Positions 9,167 through 17,266 of a stretch of DNA of 17,266 nt are shown piece by piece. Made by a program: the position numbers and the translations under genes. The notes below the pieces were generated by a model. The model worked only from the letters and a program-made list of their open reading frames with translations. It made no database searches and was not told the DNA's origin. Position 1 is the first letter of the stretch. Each line of letters starts with the position of its first letter. Origin of the DNA: Octopus sinensis (taxonomy: Eukaryota); NCBI RefSeq assembly GCF_006345805.1, contig NW_021824929.1:1-17266 (forward strand), read 5' to 3'.

Positions 9167-9258
9167 TATATTATGTCAGGTAATTCATAGTGTTTCTGGT
9201 GACATGTAACTCAGTAAATGTTACCAGAAGCACTACTCCACAAGAAGGAAATTCTGAA

Positions 9259-9327
9259 ATGACAGCCGCCTCGTTCCAAAGCTACCGACCTCGCTCTGAC
9301 TCGTTTCTGGACTACTTGACTCTGCAG
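9259..9327 (+). CDS. Candidate short coding exon of an unidentified gene
   Basis: Unique sequence; frame MTAASFQSYRPRSDSFLDYLTLQ ends at a good donor CAG|GTGAGA (9328). No homology recognised. Confidence 0.25.
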
Positions 9328-9542
9328 GTGAGAGTCTCAGCGGTGTTGTACAAAACTCTTATTGACTTTAAATAGTCAGTACGGCTATTGCTGACAGCCA
9401 TTGTCTTTAACATCTGTATGAGATAATTAGTCAGTAATGCTCCTAATAGTCTACGAGTCGACAGCTTGCACCTACGTATGTACAGTATATTCTAACTCGT
9501 TTTCCAGACACTTAATATGTTCCCCCACTCTCTAAGTTTAAT

Positions 9543-9577
9543 TCTCTCTCTCTCTTTCTCTTTTCTCTGTCTGTCTC

Positions 9578-9608
<31 letters not shown>
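9543..9608. repeat. (CT)n tract
   Basis: Direct reading; followed by cacag at 9608-9612. Confidence 0.95.
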
Positions 9609-9609
<1 letters not shown>

Positions 9610-9833
9610 ACAGTTCCTCTACCCAATATCACCACCACGTGAACCCATTCCAAAATTCTTCATTTCTATTCAATCGTTTCGATTAAAATTTCGTTGATGT
9701 TACACGCTCTAAAATTCTTATCCTTTCCTTCTCTTTAAATGAGACCTCAAGCTCTTCTGCCATTCTTTCGCGCTATTATTCGATGAGAATTGCTTCTTCT
9801 GTGTCTTGTCAAAGGACTACACCGTATCTGTGA

Positions 9834-9869
<36 letters not shown>

Positions 9870-10067
9870 TAGAAAAAAACACCTTTTATCAATTCAATAA
9901 TGAAAAATTAAATTATACCATTTAGAAATATTACATATTATAGAAAGATTAAATATAAGATAAAACATATAACAATGATTAAGTAATGTGCAAAATAATA
10001 AATAAAACGTATGTATTTGGTAGAATAACCTAAGAATATTTTATATATTATATATATATGAATGTAT

Positions 10068-10207
10068 GAGTATGTATATTTATAAATATATATATAGATG
10101 TATATGTATATAATAAATATATAAATACATATGTGTTTGTGTGCCTTTTGTTTCATTAGTCGTTGTTTTTGTCCTTGGTTTTTCGTCTCACTTCTATATT
10201 GTTGCAC
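10068..10207 (+). repeat. Dispersed direct repeat, copy 2 (copy 1 at 4231-4399)
   Basis: Same sequence as copy 1 minus ~30 bp of (GT)n; both copies end at gttgcac. Confidence 0.9.
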
Positions 10208-10417
10208 ATCATTATTTGTCAGTCACTCAGTAATATCCAATATATAATCGTTTCAAACAACGAAGAATAATACCACGGAATTTTAAATCATGGGACTTTA
10301 AATGCGCTGAAACTTATCTTGAGTCTGGTCTCCATAGCTGACGAGAGGATTTCAACATTTTTGTTATTTGTGCTTTTCCGTTAATCATTTTCTTGTCTGT
10401 TTTTCTTTTCTATATAT

Positions 10418-10476
<59 letters not shown>

Positions 10477-10739
10477 TATACACATTTTACTTTCACACCT
10501 AATATTCAACCTTCTTTCACAGTGTAGTATTATTTTACATTTAATTATTCTTAACTGTATTTTCTCAGAAAGTAGAATCCTATTCAGAGAGAAGAAAACA
10601 AACACCCAAAAACTATCGTTTCATTGTCCTTAAAAACGAATTTTGTTTCCACTTCCAAATCTCAAGTAAAATTGAAACAGTTTTTTTCTGCTTTTTCTTT
10701 CTACTTTCTTTTTCAAAAGAGCATTATCAAACCATTTAT

Positions 10740-10975
10740 TACACACACACACGTACTCACATACACCCACACGTACATATGTGTCAGTGCGTGTGTTTGA
10801 CTGTGTGAGCATGTACTTAAGCATATATATATATATATGTGTGTGTGTGTGTATGCGTGTATGGGTCTATATATACATATGTGTATGTATGTATGTATGT
10901 ATGTATGTATGTATGTATGTATGTATGTATGCATCCATGTCTGTATGTAAATGCATATGTATGGATAAGGGTATG

Positions 10976-11018
<43 letters not shown>

Positions 11019-11048
11019 ATATATATATGTGCATATATATATATATGC

Positions 11049-11083
<35 letters not shown>

Positions 11084-11278
11084 TATAGTATGTATGTATG
11101 TATGTATGTATGTATGTATGCATCCATGTCTGTATGTAAATGTATATGTATGGATAAGTGTGTATATATATGTATATATATATATATATATATATGTATA
11201 TACATATATATATGTGTATGTATGTATGTAAATATATATATATATATGTGCATATTATATTGCATAATATATATATAT

Positions 11279-11320
<42 letters not shown>

Positions 11321-11325
11321 ATATT
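10740..11325. repeat. Compound TA/TATG/GT microsatellite with an internal 189-bp-period duplication
   Basis: gcatccatgtctgtatgtaaatg(c/t)atatgtatggataag occurs at 10931 and 11120. Confidence 0.92.
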
Positions 11326-11647
11326 ATAACTGACTTTGAAAATATATATTTATTCAATGAAAGACAAAGTCAAAACAAGTGCCATGTGTCATATTATAGA
11401 TTTATTTTTAAATGTGTCTTGTTAAAATGCCATTTCAGAGTAGGTTTTATGTCTTTTTTTTACTGTGTTTTCAGTTTGTCTCTTTTTTCTCCTTAACCAA
11501 GTGGGAAGAACGTTTGTAAAAAAACGAGAAGAAGGTATGGGAGTATAGAGATAAAAGATGAGAAAAACAGGGATAGAGAGGGAGAGACAAAGGGTGAACT
11601 GAAACATGAAACAAAAGGGTGACAAGACTTTGGGTGTGGGAAGAGGG

Positions 11648-11745
11648 TGTATGTGTGTGTGCGTGTGTGTGTGTGTGTGTTGTGTGTGTGTGTGTGTGTG
11701 TGTGTGTGTCTGTGTGCGTGTGTGTGCGCGTGTGTGTGTGTGTGG
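11648..11745. repeat. (GT)n microsatellite within a purine-rich low-complexity region
   Basis: Direct reading. Confidence 0.95.
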
Positions 11746-12018
11746 GAAATAAAAGTAGGAGGGAACTTGCGTGTTTAAGGGAGAAATAGCTGTAGAGCCG
11801 TGGATGAGAAAGAAATATGGAAAGAAGAGCAAAGTAGCATTTGAAACGAAGGTAAGGGATATGTGTGTGTGAGAGAAAGAAAGTGTGTGTGTGTGGTGGA
11901 GAGGAAGGTGGAGAAGAAGGAGAGAGAAGAGCCACATATATGAAAGCGTGGTCAGAACCACAGAATCAAAGATCTTGATAAACACACACACACACAAACA
12001 TATGTTGTCTTTTACGCT

Positions 12019-12060
12019 TTTACTTTTTTCAGTCATTTGACAGCGGTCATGGTGGATCAC
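12019..12060 (-). mobile_element. SINE family A 3' tail fragment
   Basis: Reverse complement gtgatccaccatgaccgctgtcaaatgactgaaaaaagtaaa matches the tail at 60-103. Confidence 0.65.
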
Positions 12061-12100
12061 AGTCTCTTTTGTTGAACCGCAAAAGTGTTATGGGACGTAT

Positions 12101-12153
<53 letters not shown>

Positions 12154-12159
12154 CGAGAC

Positions 12160-12320
12160 GGGCTTCTTTCAGTCTATATCTAACAAATCAACTCACAAAG
12201 CTTTAGTTTGCCTAAGGGCTTTAGTAGAAGATACTCTCCCAAAGTGCCACGCAGTGGGACTGAACCCATAATCATGTTGTTGGGAAGCAAGCAGCTTACC
12301 ACACGGCCAGGCCTGCACCT
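12160..12320 (-). mobile_element. tRNA-derived SINE family B
   Basis: Minus strand aggtgcaggcctggccgtgtggtaagctgcttgcttcccaac...gggttcagtcccactgcgtggcac...gactgaaagaagccc has A- and B-box-like motifs; homologous to 1760-1890. Confidence 0.8.
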
Positions 12321-12347
12321 TTATTTTTCGTTTGTATGTTTAGCTTC

Positions 12348-12816
12348 ATGTATGTATTCTCATATATAACGTTGCATATCTAGACATGCTCATATATATT
12401 TGAATTATAAACGTTTGGAATGTTTTACAGATTTTTACAGTTCCAGTGATGGATCGGATCTGTAGTCTTCGAATTAGCGTTCTCCTTTCTGGTTTTGAGA
12501 AGCCTAATTTCTCAAGATTGGTATTTAGGCAGTGTGTTGCATATCCCAGGGCTATAATAATTATAGGTATAAACCTGAACTTGTAATCTGGATCGAGTAA
12601 CTGCAGATTTCTCACTAGTTCAGCATAGGTGTTCTCTTTTTCACTGAACTTCAGCTTCATCTTAACATCCGCTGGGCAGCTAATTTCCACAACTGTGCAG
12701 AGTTTCTCTTCTCTATCCCAAATCATTATATCAGGCCTGTTGTGCTTACATTTTATTGAGGTCTTCACTGGGACATTCCATCGATATTCCTTTTTATTAA
12801 TGGTGGTTATGGCTTC
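12348..12816 (-). mobile_element. RLE-type non-LTR retrotransposon 3' end, family 3, endonuclease domain in an open frame
   Basis: 12816-12403 gives 138 uninterrupted codons: ...WNVPVKTSIKCKHNRPDIMIWDREEKLCTVVEISCPADVKMKLKFSEKENTYAEL...FIPIIIIALGY...GTVKICKTFQTFII, with PD...E...K PD-(D/E)xK-like residues. (ATAC)n directly upstream (12817-12885) and atacatacat downstream (~12349-12358). Confidence 0.88.
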
Positions 12817-12889
12817 TATGTATGTATGTATGTATGTATGTATATATGTATGTATGTATGCATGCATGTATGTATGCATGTATGTAAAT

Positions 12890-13138
12890 GGACTGGATAA
12901 AATAATGAAAACACCTATCCTCATAGCATCATAATTTTGAAATATCTATAAAACCGTCAAAAACTTGTTTATTTTTATGGTTTTTGATCTATTATTAGTG
13001 TCGCATAATATATTTTGCTAAAATAGTTGTTTCTTTTCAGATATGATCAGAAAAAAGTCATTAAAATTCATTAAGATGACAGATCTATCGGACTTTCAAA
13101 CAGGTCAAATTGTTGGTGTTCGTATGGCAGGCGCTAGC
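12890..13138 (+). mobile_element. Tc1-family transposon 5' end: TIR remnant plus transposase N-terminus
   Basis: ggactggataaaataatgaaaacacc (12890-12915) resembles the TIR at 1979. 13076-13138 reads MTDLSDFQTGQIVGVRMAGAS, matching the Tc1 start motif DLSDF.RGQIVG.R.AGAS. Confidence 0.8.
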
Positions 13139-13321
13139 GAAAAGAGTGTGAAGAAAGGTCTGGCTGGAGGCTCAAGCTTCCAAGTTCGTTGACAGGGCTT
13201 ACTAAAGGACCTCTTCAATAAATGTGTGAATCTGAGAGAGGAATATGTTGAATTAAATCATAATTAACTGATCCTCCTGTATTTTCTTTTACCCAAAACC
13301 AGGAACTCTCAGCACCTCTCG
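13139..13321 (+). mobile_element. Mariner-type element 3' end
   Basis: Terminal frame [11 protein letters not shown] (mariner KCV.L.G.YVE end), then taactgatcctcctgtattttcttttacccaaaaccaggaactctcagcacctctcg followed by TA (13322-13323). Confidence 0.65.
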
Positions 13322-13324
13322 TAT

Positions 13325-13332
13325 ATATAACT

Positions 13333-13384
<52 letters not shown>

Positions 13385-13543
13385 GTGCATATATACATAA
13401 ACATATATATATATATACACACATATCTATACATATATATATATATATATACAAATATATATTTATATATATTATACACATATATATACATATATATATA
13501 TATACAAATATATATTTATATACATGTACATATATACATATAC

Positions 13544-13618
<75 letters not shown>
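13325..13618. repeat. (CA)n/(TA)n compound microsatellite
   Basis: Direct reading. Confidence 0.95.
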
Positions 13619-13622
<4 letters not shown>

Positions 13623-13968
13623 CAATAAAATAATAAGATTCAAATGAGTTCCAATGAATTCACATGAATGCGGGTACTTAACTTAGATGCACCAGAAATC
13701 TTTATGTATTAACCATAAATAATGGGGGGTGATTATAAACAAGGAAAAAAGCAACAAGAATGGATTAGTTGTTCAGTACAAATGTTTCATACGAAGAAGA
13801 ACAGATTTATTGCAGCAAATACAAGTGTCCCGTATTCATCAGCCAAAACACATATGAGTTTTCCAAACATCCTTGGGGGTGGGGCTACACTCATGAAGTA
13901 TCGAAGAGAGTTCTATGAAAAGCAAAGTTGGATTGTAAGCAGACTTAAAATGTTCTCTAATGATGCAC

Positions 13969-14292
<324 letters not shown>

Positions 14293-14734
14293 TTCATTCA
14301 CCAACGATTGCTGCACTCTCGTTGCAGTATTAACCATTATAATTTGATCATTTAAAAAAAAGAAATTCATGAAATCTCAGGCAAGTATAAGCTTGTATTT
14401 TGGCCAAGGACGTATTAAGTATTAAGACAAAACCCACACGTGTACAGAGTATATAAATTACATAAAGACAATTTATATGAGATTATATGACATTCACATC
14501 TTGTTTTTGAGTGCATTAGCTTCGTCAGAGACGTGAATTAGCCAACTTTTTCGAACATAAAATGATATTAGATATTATAAACAACCAATTTGAGAGAGAA
14601 AAACAAGAACGAGCATCAGACGCGGCGTCGGTGCGACTGTTGTTGTTCTGTCTGAAATTAAAAGAGTCGTAAAAGATTTTGGGTAGAATTTCTGGCAGCT
14701 TTGGTTTTGGTTTTGGTTCCCTGCTCTCTGAGGT

Positions 14735-14822
14735 TGAACCTCGCCGAAGCTAAGTTAGTCTTTTATCCTTTCGGGTTGATCTTGCTGATCAATTAAGTAT
14801 CGATCCAGTACTGGAATCAATT
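14735..14822 (+). mobile_element. Degraded SINE family A fragment
   Basis: ttgaacctcgccgaagctaagttagtcttttatcctttcgggttgat...aattaagtatcgatccagtactggaatcaatt aligns loosely with 8238-8320. Confidence 0.5.
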
Positions 14823-14987
14823 CTCTCTCATTCTCTCTCTCTCTCTCTGCCTTGCTCTCTTTCTCTGTCTTTCTTTCTGTTTCTCTCTCCTTCTTTCTCT
14901 CTCTCTTCTCTCTTTCACTCTCTCTCTCTCTCTCTGTCTTTCTGTCTTTCTCTCTCTTTTTTCTGTCCAGCTCTCCTTCATTCTTTC

Positions 14988-15018
<31 letters not shown>
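14821..15018. repeat. Imperfect (CT)n polypyrimidine tract
   Basis: Direct reading; explains the ER-rich and SL-rich ORFs. Confidence 0.95.
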
Positions 15019-15720
15019 GATCCAGCTTATGCTATCACCAACCACTTTGACCACAGAACGAGAAAGAAAGAATTCCACCTTCTCAATTGTGTTTGGCATT
15101 AGCAACAGCAGTGCGAAGGGGAGACAAATCTTATGCAATACCAACCTCTTACTTTTGGAGCTTGTGGTGTTAGTGGTGTTATGGGCTGTGAGGAGCTATG
15201 TGGTGTTGGTGGAGGGAATTGGAGATGAGGTAGACGGAAGTTAAGACTGCAGGGGCCTGTGGCACAGCCACGGGGCATGTGTGGGCAGGAAGCACGTGTG
15301 GTCAGTTCGAGTAGAGACGGCAGCGAGCAAAGACGTATTTATTTCTTGAGAGTGATCGCTCATTCCGCCGAGGTCTCCCGTTTGCTTCTTTTTCTGTTGT
15401 CCTTTTCCTCCATTACACTACAGAGCTAAAATTTGCTAACATGGAATTGAAGTCAGTATTGGCTCGCTTCACAATCATAAGGTTTCAATTTCTATCCTAA
15501 TACAACTGCCATCGTCATCGATCGATATTTTAGAGATAATCAAGAGGGGTCGCCTAAAACGTTTCAGCCCCATCTTCAGGCATATAAACCATTTGATATC
15601 AACAATGATAACAAAATTACTGAAAAGAGATAACTCGTGCCAACAAATGAACGATTACACGAGGATTCGACCAACTAAAAATAGTAGTTAAATTTCCCTC
15701 ACAAGATACCCGAGCGTCTT

Positions 15721-15882
15721 AAGGCATAGGCGTGGCTGTGTAGTTAAAGAGGTTGTTTCCCATCCACGTCGTCTTTGGTTTAATTCCACAGACTGACACC
15801 TTGGGCAACTGTCTTTTTCTATAGCCCCAGGCCGACAAAAGCTTTGTAAATAGATTTGGTAGACGGAAACTGAAAGAAGGCC
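15721..15882 (+). mobile_element. tRNA-derived SINE family B, diverged
   Basis: aaggcataggcgtggctgtgtagttaaag...caccttgggcaactgtctttttctatagccccaggccgacaaaagctttgtaaatagatttggtagacggaaactgaaagaaggcc; homologous to 1760-1890 and 12160-12320 in the opposite orientation. Confidence 0.8.
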
Positions 15883-16268
15883 ATGGGTATAATGTATATA
15901 TATGTATATAATATATATATATATATATATATAATATATTATATAGATTCCAAGAAAGTTAGAGGTTGTGAATCCAACCAAATAACTAAGGGATAATGTC
16001 TATCCAATATACTGCTGGTAGAATACCCAATTATTAATACACAAGTGTTTTTTTATTGCATTGCAACTATATTATCGAGTGTACTAAATGGGTGAATGTA
16101 AAGAGATATTTTACCATTAATTTATAGAGCAATACGAAAATTGAGGGGATCAATAAGTGGTTCATCAACTTTTAGACTTTTATATTATGTCAACTTATTT
16201 ATTTATTTACTAAAATGACAATTACAAGAATATACATACATGTATAACATATTATGCTTTACATATAT

Positions 16269-16396
16269 AATATATTAATATATAAAGATACCAGTAATTA
16301 TTAAAATATAACATACAGGAATATAAATTAGGAAAATATCTTATTCCTGTATGTTATATTTTAATAATTACTGGTATCTTTATACATTAATATATT
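16269..16396. repeat. AT-rich fold-back, 55-bp arms, 18-nt loop
   Basis: 16269-16323 is the reverse complement of 16342-16396 with one mismatch (16385). Confidence 0.9.
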
Positions 16397-16463
16397 TTAT
16401 ATATATATTTTGACATGTCTAAAAGTTGATGAACCACCTATTGATCTCCTCCATTTTCTTATT

Positions 16464-16498
<35 letters not shown>

Positions 16499-16538
16499 AT
16501 ATATATATATATATGTGTGTGGTGTGTGTGTGTGTGTT

Positions 16539-16571
<33 letters not shown>

Positions 16572-16689
16572 TACGCTTCTTTAACTATCTATCTCGTATC
16601 AGGACAATTACCCCCTTGGCTAATTATTCCCTCTCCAATATATTAAATTTTACATCATCATCTGTTGTCCTCAGGGTTAATTGTCCTTA

Positions 16690-16748
16690 GTAGTAGCAGC
16701 AGCAACAGCGGCAGCAGCAGCACCAGTAGTAGTAGTAGTAGCGACAGC
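16690..16748. repeat. (AGT)/(AGC) trinucleotide low-complexity tract
   Basis: Direct reading. Confidence 0.85.
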
Positions 16749-17143
16749 AAAGAAACAGGAGTAGCAGCGACATCTGCTTTGACACTTATCAACTAAATGA
16801 AGAGAAAAGTATGGCGTCAACAGTCGTGTTTTTGGCGCTTCGGTGTGAGTTTGTCCTTTGCAATTCCACCTCCTCCCGCCACCCACATCAACGTGATTCG
16901 AGTCCACGATTCCAAGATCCTAGCAAGATTATCTAAGAAACACGACGCCTCCTACCAATGCTATGGTGACATAGAATTCGGTAAAGAACCCAAATTGTAC
17001 TAAACTAAATAAGCTCTCGACGTAAAAGTCCAAAACAAAACCAAAAAAAGGACGGCGTAAAGTTGTACGTAATCAAAGATAGACTTGAGCGAAAGAGGAA
17101 AACAACGTGTGTGTGTATATGTATATTATATATATATATATAC

Positions 17144-17148
<5 letters not shown>

Positions 17149-17189
<41 letters not shown>

Positions 17190-17226
17190 AGAGAGAGACG
17201 AGAAAGATAGATATTATGGATATATA

Positions 17227-17263
<37 letters not shown>

Positions 17264-17266
17264 ATA
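17149..17266. repeat. (GA)n and (TA)n microsatellites
   Basis: Direct reading. Confidence 0.95.

Noticed and set aside
1979-13138. Tc1 3' end at 1979 and Tc1 5' end at 12890 as the two ends of one large element
   Set aside because: Both TIRs read in the same direction on the + strand and the coding fragments are on opposite strands, so these are two separate insertions.
15026-15226. Frame YAITNHFDHRTRKKEFHLLNCVWH*QQQC... as an edited or readthrough stop
   Set aside because: No homology supports this frame being coding; speculative without transcript data.
15415-15480. KFANMELKSVLARF resembling the cytochrome P450 segment after the heme cysteine
   Set aside because: The conserved FxxGxRxCxG motif is absent and the Gly position reads as Glu; the match is too short to call.
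15545-15595. Hammerhead-ribozyme-like core on the minus strand (CTGAAGA...GAAAC), as in Penelope-like elements
   Set aside because: Stem II cannot form, the cleavage triplet is not NUH, and stem I does not pair.

Overview
AT-rich, microsatellite-saturated eukaryotic DNA. The SINE, mariner, RTE and RLE-retroelement sequences resemble those I recall from Octopus (coleoid cephalopod) genomes; this is pattern recognition, not a database result. No intact protein-coding gene, rRNA, true tRNA or CRISPR array can be supported. Most ORFs in the supplied track are translations of (TA)n/(CA)n/(TACA)n/(GA)n tracts. The window is a patchwork of: (i) fragments of three SINE families; (ii) Tc1 and mariner relics, including one complete internally deleted mariner with both TIRs and TA duplications (8601-9166); (iii) an RTE 3' fragment; (iv) three 3' ends of restriction-like-endonuclease (RLE) non-LTR retrotransposons, two stacked in one (AAT)n tract and one bracketed by (ATAC)n; and (v) four unrelated fold-back elements in TA-rich context, one an almost perfect 120-bp-arm hairpin. 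The most notable pattern is the apparent partitioning of element types among microsatellite motifs and the density of dsRNA-forming structure at 1.0-3.4 kb. A few plus-strand splice-like signals may mark exons of an unidentified host gene but are weak.
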